Assembly (NCBI GenBank): GCA_030867685.1
Contig: JAQOWU010000008.1
Span: forward strand, 248,001-312,000
Direction: 5' to 3'
DNA length: 64,000 bases
DNA from: Wickerhamiella versatilis
Lineage: Eukaryota
Within the stretch, counting starts at the first letter, position 1; each line of letters opens with the position of its first letter. A model generated the notes under the pieces. The model did no database searches. It was not told where the DNA came from and worked only from the letters and a program-made list of their open reading frames with translations. Shown in pieces: positions 1-11,621 of the stretch. The position numbers and the translations under genes were made by a program.

Positions 1-295
1 AGAGCACTACCGTAAACTATTCAACTAGACTCTCTCTGAGATCTTTTCGCGGGTTGGGTATGAGCTGTACAAGTTTCTTTATTAAAATGACCTACACTTT
101 GTTAGAGATATCATCTATATCAATGTTACCAGTCGCCAGCTGAGTAGTTTGAGCATATCTTGTTGGTACTAATTATACATTGTAAACATTTACTGCAACT
201 CCTAGTCCTCATTACGGCTTCTGATACCATATGAATCGTATTATCTTATCATGAAGGATACGAATACGCAAATCAACAATATATTCAAATTCAAT

Positions 296-1408
296 TCAAT
301 TCAATCGTCTTTCCACTTCTTCATATCTTGGTAAATGACTATTACTATTGTCAGTACTTTGCTGCTCCCCACTTAACATTCCCCAGACATGTACAGGAAT
401 AGACTGCTCGACTGAACCTGACCTTCTACGAGTCTCGTCAGAGAAAACCAATTTCAGCAGAAGGTTATAGTAGTGAGTGAGCCGTTTAGTTCTGAAGGAT
501 TCTACCAAGCCAGATATTGTTGCTGAACTAAAATCCTCAGTTAGATCGCAAACTCCTGCTTCAAACCTTCTTTCATCTGTCACATGATTAATTAAATGCC
601 TTTTTGTCACTATAGTCCCTCCACCCCCATCAACAGGAGTGATTTTCATATGTTCATTCAAATATAATGCGCATTCTTTTAGAAAAAGACCTTCTGAGTT
701 GGGCACTTCCAAACGAATGCGAAGATCGAGTGGTTGCGGATATTGTAATATTCCTCTTCCATTGATCATTGATATAACAATTACTTTCAAAGCATGCCGT
801 TTTAGCTCGGACCTCATTAGACGGTTAGCTATTCCCGAAATGCCTGGGAGACGCAGGTAGAGGGTATGTTCGCATACACGGGAATCAGGCTTCTCAAGCA
901 ATGGCAAACAATGTCTTGGTATCACCATAATTTTTAGAGTAAGGTCACGAACCTGGTCTCCAAATATATCTTTTCGCCTTAAGCTAGCTTTCACATACCA
1001 CATTATTCGCGCAAATCCCGCGTTATCACCCATTTGTATCGAACCCGGAAGATTAGAGTCAAGAGGGATTTTGAATTTGAAATTGAAGTCATGCAGTCCT
1101 TTACTCATTTTGTAGTACTTCTTCCCCAGTTGCTCTGGCCTGTCCATGGATTCTATTTGAAGACCCGGAAAAACATCCTTGGTTCTCCTCAGGTGAGAAT
1201 ACTGTTCGACAATGCTCCTAGCATCTCCCACAATAGAACCTACTACTGCTCGGGCCATTCCTACCTCATCACAGCACAAAGAAACATTAAGGTTCCTAAC
1301 ATCAAAGTCTTCAGGTAAATCGAGGCTTACAACACCGCGCACAACATCACCCGTAGTGTAAACAACTTTATCACCATCAAGGCTGATAGCTGCCGCAATG
1401 TTCTTCAT
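296..1408 (-). CDS. Alpha-arrestin family protein (Rsp5 adaptor-like)
   Basis: 370-aa ORF with arrestin_N-like segments (VYTTGDVVRGVVSL, GLHDFNFKFKIP, LPGS, IMWYVKASLRR) and a C-terminal PY motif (LPRY). Confidence 0.8.
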   Translation of the reverse strand: MKNIAAAISLDGDKVVYTTGDVVRGVVSLDLPEDFDVRNLNVSLCCDEVGMARAVVGSIVGDARSIVEQYSHLRRTKDVFPGLQIESMDRPEQLGKKYYKMSKGLHDFNFKFKIPLDSNLPGSIQMGDNAGFARIMWYVKASLRRKDIFGDQVRDLTLKIMVIPRHCLPLLEKPDSRVCEHTLYLRLPGISGIANRLMRSELKRHALKVIVISMINGRGILQYPQPLDLRIRLEVPNSEGLFLKECALYLNEHMKITPVDGGGGTIVTKRHLINHVTDERRFEAGVCDLTEDFSSATISGLVESFRTKRLTHYYNLLLKLVFSDETRRRSGSVEQSIPVHVWGMLSGEQQSTDNSNSHLPRYEEVERRLN

Positions 1409-2095
1409 TCAATAATGAACTTTACATGAAAAGACAAGACCTCGTGTATAACTCCGACAAGTCAGTCAGTGATTATATAACACATATGTGCCTACAAAAG
1501 AATTTGTAGATCAACTCTACTCTGGTCGAACTCCTCCTTGAAAATATCTCTATTTCTATCGTACCTCGAGAAGGGTCTCTTGTATATAATCAATCGTTAC
1601 CAAAAGTTTTTGTGTCGACACAGATAGACCCTGAGGTGAGCAGTGATTATTCACAAGAGCCCATAGTACTGAGCGTCACGTAACACCAAAGGATGAATAT
1701 ATCTCATCTGCTTAAAGGGAAAGCTTTATTTCTAAATTGTGTGTTGGCCAATACCAGATCACCAGTGTTCTTAATAAGCTCTTGCATAACTTCTGATCAA
1801 CCTAATATAGGAGTAACTGGTGGGAGGCTCCATCGGTCTTATTAAGTTGCCGGCAGATCAGTGCAAAGGTCTAATACCGAAGAGGGGTACTTACCAAGTA
1901 GATTTGTCGATAAGACCTCTCCATGGATTCCAAGACCTCAGTTCATCGGGATTTTTCTTATAAGTAGATCACAACGTTAGATGCGCTATCCGCCACACAT
2001 CGACTCGGAAAAAAAAAGTTCCACTTGTATGAGTCATCATACAATAATTCCATAATATCCCCGCACGCTATCTCAGCACTGCGACACCTTGTGGA

Positions 2096-3670
2096 ATGCC
2101 TAAAATGAAAACTGGATTTGGCGCTAGTGGTAACACCATTAATTATCTGTCCCTTTTTCTTGTCATGATGCCCTCCTTTTTGTGGTATGGCTATAATATG
2201 TCCGTGATGGGAACACTGGCTAATCTGCCGGCTTTCGTTCACCAGTTTCCTCAACTTGATACAGTTAGTTCTCACCTCAGCGAAGCAGAGAAGAAAAAGA
2301 ACTCTACGCTTGAAGGTACGGTATCAGCTCTGTACTGTGTTGGAGCTATTTTTGGAGCTTTAATCACGATGTTTGTGAATGATATTTTTGGTCGTCGTAA
2401 TATGATTTTTGTTGCAGCAGTGCTGAGCTTGATTGGGGCCATCCTAATGTCGTGCTCATATCAGCTGGCACAACTTATAGTTGGGCGTGTTGTGCTCGGT
2501 CTGGGAATCGGCGTGGTTTCAGGTAACGTACCGTTATATCAAACAGAAATATCGACAACAGCGAACAGAGGAAAACATGTTGCTTTTACAGGTGTTTTTA
2601 TTACAACTGGTATCCTCATTGGCTATTGGGTCGACTATGGTTGCGCGTTTATTGGTGGTGATCCAGGCAGTGCTATGGCCTCGGCCGCATGGCGGGTGCC
2701 TGTTGCTGTTCAGTGCATTGCTTGTTTAATGACAATGACATTCATATACATGCTTCCTGAGTCTCCAAGATGGCTTATAAAGCGTGATAGAGTGGATGAA
2801 GCCCGTGTGGTGCTGAAAATGCTCAATGACGACGATGCTGAAGTTGAGCACATTATCGGTACCACACAATCTAGTCTTAAGCTCATGCAACACAATAGGG
2901 TGTCAGACCTTTTCAAAATGACCGAATCGAGAGTTTGTCATCGTGTTCTCCTTGCACTTTTTGCTATGTTCGAAAGCCAGATATGTGGTATTAATGCAAT
3001 CACTTTTCATGCTCCCACTATCTTTGAGGATAATCTGAGAATGGATGCTTCACAGAGTAGGCTTGTGTCCTCATGTATAGAGATAATTCAACCAATCGGA
3101 GCTTTGCTTGCTGTTTTGACTGTGGATAAGCTTGGACGGCGAAAACCTTTCTTCATAGCCGCCATAGGAATGGGAGTCAGCCTGGTGCTTCTGACAGGCA
3201 CAACCTCGAATCCTGATAACAAGCAGGCACTAAACTCGGCTATTGCGTGGATGATTACGGTCAATGTTTGTTACAGTTATGGTTTCCTAGGCTGCTGCTT
3301 TGTGTATGCATCTGAAATTTTGCCTATGCGTGTCCGTGGTATGGTTACCAGCTTGGCTTTACTGGTTACATGGGCCACTAATTTCTTGGTAGTTGAGGTT
3401 ACTCTTGTTGGTTTTGATAATATTGGATACCAGTACTATATTGTATATGTTTGTACCAACCTGTTTCTTATTCTTCCTGTGGTATACTTCTTCTTCCCTG
3501 AGACCAAAGGGCGTTCACTGGAGGAAGTCGAAGAGCTTTTCTTACAGGCCGAAGGTTTCTTGGATGTAGTTAAGCTTGCAGACACTTGGGAACACGATGG
3601 TCATAATTTGGACACTGAACTACAGCAGGTGGAGGAAAAGGACAGTACAGAATTTGTTGAACGTGCTTGA
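2096..3670 (+). CDS. Sugar porter family MFS transporter (STL1-like glycerol/polyol or sugar:H+ symporter)
   Basis: 524 aa, about 12 hydrophobic segments, sugar-porter motifs DIFGRR, WRVP, PESPRWL, QICGINAI, DKLGRR, PETKGRSLEE. Confidence 0.9.
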   Translation: MPKMKTGFGASGNTINYLSLFLVMMPSFLWYGYNMSVMGTLANLPAFVHQFPQLDTVSSHLSEAEKKKNSTLEGTVSALYCVGAIFGALITMFVNDIFGRRNMIFVAAVLSLIGAILMSCSYQLAQLIVGRVVLGLGIGVVSGNVPLYQTEISTTANRGKHVAFTGVFITTGILIGYWVDYGCAFIGGDPGSAMASAAWRVPVAVQCIACLMTMTFIYMLPESPRWLIKRDRVDEARVVLKMLNDDDAEVEHIIGTTQSSLKLMQHNRVSDLFKMTESRVCHRVLLALFAMFESQICGINAITFHAPTIFEDNLRMDASQSRLVSSCIEIIQPIGALLAVLTVDKLGRRKPFFIAAIGMGVSLVLLTGTTSNPDNKQALNSAIAWMITVNVCYSYGFLGCCFVYASEILPMRVRGMVTSLALLVTWATNFLVVEVTLVGFDNIGYQYYIVYVCTNLFLILPVVYFFFPETKGRSLEEVEELFLQAEGFLDVVKLADTWEHDGHNLDTELQQVEEKDSTEFVERA

Positions 3671-3881
3671 TGAGAAGTACTCTGATAGAAATATATAGAT
3701 TATAGATAAACTGTAATGGAGTTAACCATAAGATATGCAATATCCCCTCTATTCGTCTTATTCTATTCCCAATTTCATCTCTGTGAGACAGTTTTTCCCT
3801 ATTAGTTATATCCTACTAAAATAGCTTCCCCTAAGAGCCGCTGATCGTATGGATTAGAATCAATCTATGGGAATATAAACC

Positions 3882-5000
3882 TTAACTGGCATTTTGATAT
3901 GTAATATATCCCTCAGGACTCTTTGCGCTGTAAAAAGTGTTACGATCGTATTTCGTCAGTTCCATCCCATTCTTCAGTCGATGAACAAGGTCTGGGTTTG
4001 AAATAAAGTAGCGTCCAATGCAAACTAGGGTCTTATCATCTGAATCCGCAAATCTACGAGCATCATGAATAAGATTACCGGCGCGGATAATTACGCCACG
4101 CCATATGAAACGAACAAAATCGTTGAAATGCTCTTGCACTTTGGTATAGTTTTCATTATTCTCAGTGCCACTCACACGCGGTTCAACAACATGTATATAA
4201 GCAAGTGGCTTCCCTTGTTCGGCTCTGCGCTGTAATTCTGTAATAACATACGAATACTGGGGGATTGGTGAAACCCCAGGATCGACTTCGCCATAAGTGC
4301 CCCAGGGACTCAAACGAATCCCAACTCTCGAAGAGCCAACGGCTTCGCTTACAGCATCTACCACACGTAGCGTAAATCTGGAACGGTTTTCAATGCTACC
4401 GCCATACTCATCTGTACGATGATTCGAATTTTCATGCAGGAATTGGTCTAGCAAATATCCATTTGCGCTATGAATCTCAACACCATCTGCACCAGCCTTG
4501 ATCGAGTTTTTCGCAGCATTCACATACCACTCTATGTAATCATCGATTTCAGTTTTCGAGAGGGCGCGAGGCTTGGCGGGAATAAGACCAACACCCAATG
4601 GATCATTCTTCAATGCCAAATCTGAGGCACTGACGACATCAAATCCTTGGTCCTTCAATGGTCCCTCCATAGCTTGCCTCCCCAGTGCCCACATCTGGAT
4701 AAAGAAGTACGAACCCTTCTTATGTACCGCATCAGTAATTCGTTTCCAGCCTTTTACTTGCTCCTCATTCCACAACCCTGGAACGTTTGGATAGCCCCCT
4801 GCTTGGGGTGATATATAAGATGCTTCGCTAATTAACAAAGTTCCCGGGGACTGAGCACGCTGCTCGTAATATTGCCGTTGGAGATCAGTAGGCACACAGT
4901 TATCGTCGGCCCGGAAACGAGTCAATGGAGCCATAACAACACGATTCTCGAGGTCCACATTGCCAACATTTAGTGGCTTGAACAAATTCTGTGAAGACAT
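3882..5000 (-). CDS. OYE: Old yellow enzyme (FMN-dependent NADPH dehydrogenase / ene-reductase)
   Basis: Motifs MAPLTRFRA, YYEQRA, GVEIHSANGYLLDQFL, NHRTDEYGGSIENR, GRYFISNPDLV; yeast-type. Confidence 0.95.
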   Translation of the reverse strand: MSSQNLFKPLNVGNVDLENRVVMAPLTRFRADDNCVPTDLQRQYYEQRAQSPGTLLISEASYISPQAGGYPNVPGLWNEEQVKGWKRITDAVHKKGSYFFIQMWALGRQAMEGPLKDQGFDVVSASDLALKNDPLGVGLIPAKPRALSKTEIDDYIEWYVNAAKNSIKAGADGVEIHSANGYLLDQFLHENSNHRTDEYGGSIENRSRFTLRVVDAVSEAVGSSRVGIRLSPWGTYGEVDPGVSPIPQYSYVITELQRRAEQGKPLAYIHVVEPRVSGTENNENYTKVQEHFNDFVRFIWRGVIIRAGNLIHDARRFADSDDKTLVCIGRYFISNPDLVHRLKNGMELTKYDRNTFYSAKSPEGYITYQNAS

Positions 5001-6515
5001 ATTAAATATTGTACACGAGACCCAATGACAATTGATATTTATATGTACGTTAAAGGGTTAGGTTCTTATAAATCTTACGCATCATAGCGCCATTATAAAT
5101 CACTTGGGTCCAGACTTTTCGGAATTGTTGACAAATAATATATTGGCTTGTTAGGATCTGCAGAGTTTTGAAACGCTTTTTCTATCATTCACTTGCAGGA
5201 TATTACCACAAGGACTAACCTTATCACAAGTGGAACTTCATTCCTGATTCTGACGCGAACTAAAAAAATCTCAGTCTCTGAGGTTAGGTGACAACTTTTT
5301 GACAGATATATCTATGGCTTATCTACTATTAGTTCTTCATTTATTTTCACTATAATGTTACCAATGTATCTTTTTTGCGATCGCTAGGTTCTATTAAATT
5401 TTCGTACCATTGCTCCGATCCTCCGATGGCTTGATGATGTAAACGTCCGCTCGCTAGGCTTCCATAATGGCACGTTTGTTCAATATATAAGCGAGGATCT
5501 AAAATGCATGGCTTATATTAAAACATAGATGTGATATAAGGCTACTTAAAGATGTAACCAATCAATCTGGCACCAGCTTTGGCGGGGACTCAGATATTTC
5601 GGTGCTAGACGACAGTTTTGCCTTTCTGTTTAGTGAATTATTGAGATTTTTCAAAAACTATAAAAGTATTACATATTTGAGGTAGATATTACTTCCTTAC
5701 GGACAAAAGCATTCGACATAAACGTGGCTGATGTCACTACAGAATCAAATACAACCTACCGCACATCTCAATATTAGGTGTACGTTTTATCCAAACCTGC
5801 TTGGGTTCACACATTCGTTGGGTGCATTTGCTAATTATCGTTGGATGTCCCTCTGAATTAATGCTGATCGGTGACTTTTATTACCTCGGATATATCAATT
5901 TTACCACATCAAAGTTGGCAGCAAGAACAGTCGGGTTCAATAGGTACTGCGAGGTTCTGGGAATATGTTTATTTAGCAACCGAATAGCTGGGAGATTAGA
6001 ATGAGCTCTGTGTTTATCCGCCATTCTGTCACGGGAGGGGCTTTGAGTTTAAAAAACTATCTTTGTAGTCCCATGTGCCCTATGAAACATAGGTATACCA
6101 CGCCTTCAGATGCCACAATCACCATTGCCTCTGGATATCCACACCTCGAAGCATTAAAATATATTATTTTTGGATTGGTTGACGAATTGATGCCATTGGA
6201 CGAAGCATATGGTAATGTATGGCCCAAAAATGGAGAGTTGGTACCCTTATTTTTCGTGTGTGCTTTGTTCATAGTTCAATTTTACGTGTTATTATGTGGG
6301 ATTCTACTTGGAGTTATCGGCGAGTATCTCAAGTTATACTGCGACATAGTTACGGCAACATAGTCACGGAATTCTAACAATGAGGTGGGTTCACTAAGGT
6401 GTACTGATAACCCGCAGTTATGAAGTAAATAGTGGGTTACAGTTATAAAAACACTTAGCTTTGCTAGTTCTACCTCCTTCTTATAAATGGTACATGACAA
6501 GCCTGTGGTTATACC

Positions 6516-7313
6516 TCAGAAAAAAATGTTTTCATGATTTTGCATGTAAGTATTGTAGACAAGTTTGCCTAAAAGACTTACTTTTCTCTGTCCCGTAGCA
6601 TTTTGATCCCAGCCAGATGTAAGTACGGCAATATAGTCGAATCTCTGGTTCACGCTGATTAGGCCTACATCATGTTCAATTCCCTTTAGCTCTCCAGTTT
6701 TGTTGAAAATTGAAATTGGTCCATCTTCATCGAAATATGAGGGAAGCTTATGTCGGAATTGCTGTGATGAGAGCATATTGATCATCTTGTATCTATACTC
6801 TGTTCTTATTAGTGTATTTTCCTTAGCAATACACTCCAGGGCAATGATGATATCATTCCCAGTTGTGTAATTTTCCTTTCCTTCGTCAATGGCCCTCTGG
6901 TCACCAAAAAACCTAGCAATGCAGGTACCTTCTGTCCTTAAGAGGCGCAAAGTTTCAGCAACTGTCTCGAACCCTATAGATTTCAGCAACAAGTTCGATG
7001 CTGTATTATCAGATACCACGATCATTAGAGTTGCAAGATCTTTCACAGTTAGACTCAAAGGAGAAAGACAAAACATAACACCACCATCCACAGTCGTATC
7101 ATCACTCGTTTTCAGTACATCAGTCTCTTTGAAATATTCATCTTGAATTCGACGGTATAACGTGATAAGTATGAACAACTTAACTACGCTAGCTCCTCTG
7201 AATTGCTTATCAGAGTCTATTCTGATCTCATTCCCAGCAGATATCATCGTAAATGAGTATTCTGCATTTGTACCATCCATCAGGCTCTTCAATGAATGTT
7301 TTAACCCATCCAT
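6516..7313 (-). CDS. Class A beta-lactamase-fold serine hydrolase (Beta-lactamase2-like), bacterial type
   Basis: Active-site motifs SxxK (ASVVK), SDN and KTG in the expected order. First ATG is at 7313 (the track starts at an upstream TTG). No obvious signal peptide. Confidence 0.85.
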   Translation of the reverse strand: MDGLKHSLKSLMDGTNAEYSFTMISAGNEIRIDSDKQFRGASVVKLFILITLYRRIQDEYFKETDVLKTSDDTTVDGGVMFCLSPLSLTVKDLATLMIVVSDNTASNLLLKSIGFETVAETLRLLRTEGTCIARFFGDQRAIDEGKENYTTGNDIIIALECIAKENTLIRTEYRYKMINMLSSQQFRHKLPSYFDEDGPISIFNKTGELKGIEHDVGLISVNQRFDYIAVLTSGWDQNATGQRKVSLLGKLVYNTYMQNHENIFF

Positions 7314-9245
7314 GGATCCCACTAAAGTCACCAATCAGGTGAGATAGAGATTACGTCACAAACTTCCAAGAGCTACTTGCCCTGCGTTCTGACATTGTAA
7401 CTTCATTGTCGAACCTTTGTATCAGAGAATTGAAAACAGGCAGCCCACATAACCAACTATAAGACGAGCCTCTCCAATGGATTTCCCAAAAAAGATATCC
7501 ATGCTTCAAAGCTTAAATAGTCTCTTCATTATAGACAATCAAATAGTTGGAATATTTAGAAATGATTGCACAGCTGATTCGCGGATTATTTCTTTCATCT
7601 CTGGCTATGTTTCCAATCTTTTATTCAACTAAGACTGTGAGCTACAAAATGCAATATAACAAAGCATCAACTGTGGTAACTAAAGTTAGATAATGCAGGT
7701 ATCTCTCAGAACAGCAGCAGTGAATGATAAAAATAAATAGTTATCTTCTCTCAGGTCTGCTTCCAATATTAAATAGTTTTCAACACGAGTCATAAATGAT
7801 TTGATCTCTATAAATATAACTTGTGTTAATAGTTGTTATAGCAGGGGCACTTTAAGAAGCTCATAGGCCATAAATGCTGTTACTTGAATATTTCACAACC
7901 ATAGTTACGTACTGGTACTAAATAAGGTGGAATTATCTCTTTGCTTTAAGTTTTATAAGTTGGTCTGTATCTATCCTTGACTGACTATGGAATGTGACAT
8001 AAAAAGAGATAGTCGAAATATTAATGACTTCGCTTAATCCAATGATAGCTTACTTTGAATCATCAACGGCAGTGAATGTAATATGTCTCTCGAAGTTTTT
8101 GGACGCAATCCAGGCGATGATTGGAGATCCTCAAGGCAGATAATTCAAAATAGAGCAAGAAGAGATTCATTTATAATATGAAATTACTCACCTGAAAAGC
8201 AAAATCAAGAAATTTAGTTCTTCTAATAGTCTTAGAATAGTCGCCGCCTCTAAAGCATTCCACTATTACTTTTTGGAAGAATTCCGCATATTAATCAAAA
8301 ATTGATTTATAAACTGTAATTCAAATAATCGAATATGTAATTCAAAATATGAAATGCTCTTAGGCTTGGCATATGCATTTGTACTGATGATCAGGTGGAA
8401 GGAATAATCGGAAATTAAGATGTCTATCTCAACTCTAATACTTTTTAATACTAGCAGCTTAGTTTTGCTGAATAGTTCCAAATTTCTATCTTTGTGAGTT
8501 TTTCACACCACGTCAAGTCACAGACAAGTGGACTATCTTGAGCCCACACCTCAAATACAAGCTTTACTAGTTCGTTAGTCAATCGATGTGTGCTTACTAT
8601 TTGAATTGATCTTTTCGGGAAATCTTCATTGCAAGTTATTCTACTTGCTTATATTAGAGAATAGACGCATTGGCTATTAGGCTAAGTCGTTAATCTTGAT
8701 CCATTATTTCGAATTACCAATATGTATCGAGAAACTCATAAGCCAATGCAAAAATAACACAATTTTTGTCTGCAGCTTTAGAAGTCCATGATGTCACAGA
8801 GAGAGCACCTTTACCTGCTCGTTTTATTAGTTCTATCTCGCACTAGATGTAAATTCTCCTTTTTTGCCATTTTAAGTATTTGTTGCGGAGTTATGGTTCT
8901 ACCTCTTCGAAATATCGCTCGATATAAGTATTATTAGGATGAAATCATCGTGTTTTATGTCTATTATTACTCGTACCTTCGACAAGATAACTATTTAGAA
9001 AATGCGCCGTAAAAAAGATGTTGGGAAAGTGTAATTGGATTCTAGAAGCCCTCTTTTCGTGAGAGCTATCTTTGTAATTGTAGCATATTAGTGAAGGTTG
9101 CACCCGCCGTTGATTCCTGCAGATGTGAAATAAGCTTCTAATTGATGACAAACTAATTTGTATATATTTTTATGCGCATGATTAGATAATCTAGGGCAAA
9201 AGCAACTACCTGTCATTCTGACTATTGAATCGCGTTCTAACCTCT

Positions 9246-10481
9246 ATGACACAGGCAGCTCGCGTCACTAAGGTTTCTAGGACAAATTGTAATAACCCTT
9301 CCAATGCTGGAGGGGTTGTCCGGGAATCTACATCTCCCTCCGACGTCGACCCGGCAGCTGGTGGAGGTACCCCTGGTCCTTGTGGCAAGCTACCACAACC
9401 AGGATCTAAGGCGGGAATGATTCCGAAACAAAATATTCCAAGTTGCAAATCAGTACCTCAGGCTACTCAAGCACATCCCCGCAACACATTACTGAAACCC
9501 CGACGAAGAACTTCTATTGCACGTACTGCTTTCAAACTATTCAAAAGGAGACAGAATATTTCTCACGTAGTAAGCTTGAAGGCACGTCTGGACCGCCTGG
9601 CAGTGGAAGCTTATGGAAGTGGGCGTCGTGGTAAAAGAAGGCCATGTCTGCTAAAGCTTCGCGACGATTTGAGAGTATCCGCTAGCAATGGTTTGGACAA
9701 AATGCAGGAGGAAAATCTTTATTATTACCAAGATAACAGCCCCACGAGCTCGAATTTTGTGCCAAACCCTGCTTTCCAGGAAAAGAGTTCACTTTCCGAC
9801 AAAGTTGATCATCGTGGCATTACTTCTGGAAAACGACCCATTTCATATTCTAATAATACACCATCAAACCCGCAAGATGAGGCAAACGATTTGCCAGGTT
9901 TTAGTGCTCCACGAACACATAATTCAGTTTCATTTGACCGATCTACGCTTTGGGAGCATACGGTATCTCCAATCGAGAAATATTATACTCGACAGACTCC
10001 GCTAAAAGTTGAGCCTCGGATGTCTTCCGTTAGATCTCAGCCGACGCCGCAATTGCAACAACATGATCGAATGGATCTGCGTAAAACAGAAACGCAGCGC
10101 CTTGAACAGGTGATAGAAATCATGTCTCAGGAATATCCAAAGCTCGCTAGGGACCTGCTGCCTCATATAGCAAATGCATCAGGTATACCAAAAACTGCCA
10201 CTCTAAGTTCGCCTTATCCTCTCCGCCAGACAATTAAATCAGAGAATTCACCCCATGAAGAGCTGGCCATGGATCGTGAGCAAGTGTCACTCTTGTCTGA
10301 TCAAAATTCCCCTCTGGCAGTTTTGGATTATCTTTCCCACGCTCCTGGACAAACAGTCAAAGAATACCTTATGGCCACAAGGCGCTACTTTCAAGATAGA
10401 ATGGAAATGCATAGAAGAGAAATGGATCGGTGTAGGAAATCAGTGATTTTGTGTGAGAAAAAGTTGGAGGGCTTGCTATGA
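9246..10481 (+). CDS. Hypothetical protein, largely low-complexity, with basic patches and a C-terminal helical/coiled-coil-like end
   Basis: Open frame over 1.2 kb in AT-rich DNA, first ATG at 9246. No recognised domain. Confidence 0.6.
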   Translation: MTQAARVTKVSRTNCNNPSNAGGVVRESTSPSDVDPAAGGGTPGPCGKLPQPGSKAGMIPKQNIPSCKSVPQATQAHPRNTLLKPRRRTSIARTAFKLFKRRQNISHVVSLKARLDRLAVEAYGSGRRGKRRPCLLKLRDDLRVSASNGLDKMQEENLYYYQDNSPTSSNFVPNPAFQEKSSLSDKVDHRGITSGKRPISYSNNTPSNPQDEANDLPGFSAPRTHNSVSFDRSTLWEHTVSPIEKYYTRQTPLKVEPRMSSVRSQPTPQLQQHDRMDLRKTETQRLEQVIEIMSQEYPKLARDLLPHIANASGIPKTATLSSPYPLRQTIKSENSPHEELAMDREQVSLLSDQNSPLAVLDYLSHAPGQTVKEYLMATRRYFQDRMEMHRREMDRCRKSVILCEKKLEGLL

Positions 10482-11621
10482 TGAATTAATGTGGCAATTC
10501 GCAATCTTTTTTTTCGTTAATAACATAGGTGTTATCATTGAGCTCTAGCTGAACTCTGAAACAGCAGGAGTTACGAATTGTAGTATAATTTAAAGGCAAT
10601 TTAATCCCTCTTTAGAGATAGCAAGCAAATACTCGTGATAAAAGATTAATTCTGGCACCTAACACGTACATCTCGCTTCATTCTGTAATATGCCCGATTA
10701 CCAGGCCTCCTTGACGACGCAAATTATGCAAAACCGTAATTCGAATTTGAAGAGGCAAGTTATATATCCAGATTTCTGAAGAATGAGCTTCTAGATTACA
10801 TAAAGACGTCTATAGCAGTGTGGCAAATTTCTATATACATAGCGAGAGCGACCCCTTGCTGCTCTATCTCTCACATGGTAGGCTTCTATCAATGACCATC
10901 GACCCCTGCGCCCACATGCAAAGACATCTGCGCATCTTTTGTCATCAGAATTCTTCTCAGAGGTCAGATAGATGACAAATATTATCGCCTGTCGGATGAT
11001 AGACATATGACGTCAGCAGTATGACCCTATTTCAGTATCTTTGGTCGATACCGTGTCTGAAGACAACACAAGCACTAAATACTAAAAACTTAAAGCAGTC
11101 ATACTTAGAGAATACCGCTTGTTCTCAGCGCTCCTGTTCAATGAGAACTAATCAACAACCTCTTATTCAACCTTGTGCGCTGCGTTGGGTACTACCAGTG
11201 TGGACTCTAGATTAATAGAAAATAGGTATCGCCACAGTATCAGGATGTTCATTGTAGTCTTCCTCCTATCAGATATCAAGTTCATTCTCATTTGGTAACA
11301 CACTTGAATTCAATACGTCTTACAGCAATTCGCAACTCATATCATATAAGCCATTTTTTTATAAGCTCCCTAAAGCTAAAAGGCTAACTGTGGCTATTCT
11401 ACACTGATCTATGCTTCAAACTTATTAGTGACAGACTCAACTGGTATCTCGGGATTTATCAAAAAAAATGACATCAATCCACTTTCACATAGACTATATT
11501 ACGGCACTATAACTTAGTGATCAGCTGCATTCTAGTTACCATGTCTACAAAGATGTTCAAGATCACTTCATATATCTGAGGGGAAACTCGTTGTGTTAGT
11601 AATCGGTATTCATCCTCTTTA

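Noticed and set aside
2059-2064. Mig1-like GC box (CCCCGC) upstream of the sugar porter
   Set aside because: The AT-rich flank is on the wrong side for the consensus, the site is only about 30 bp from the ATG, and a 6-mer is expected by chance.
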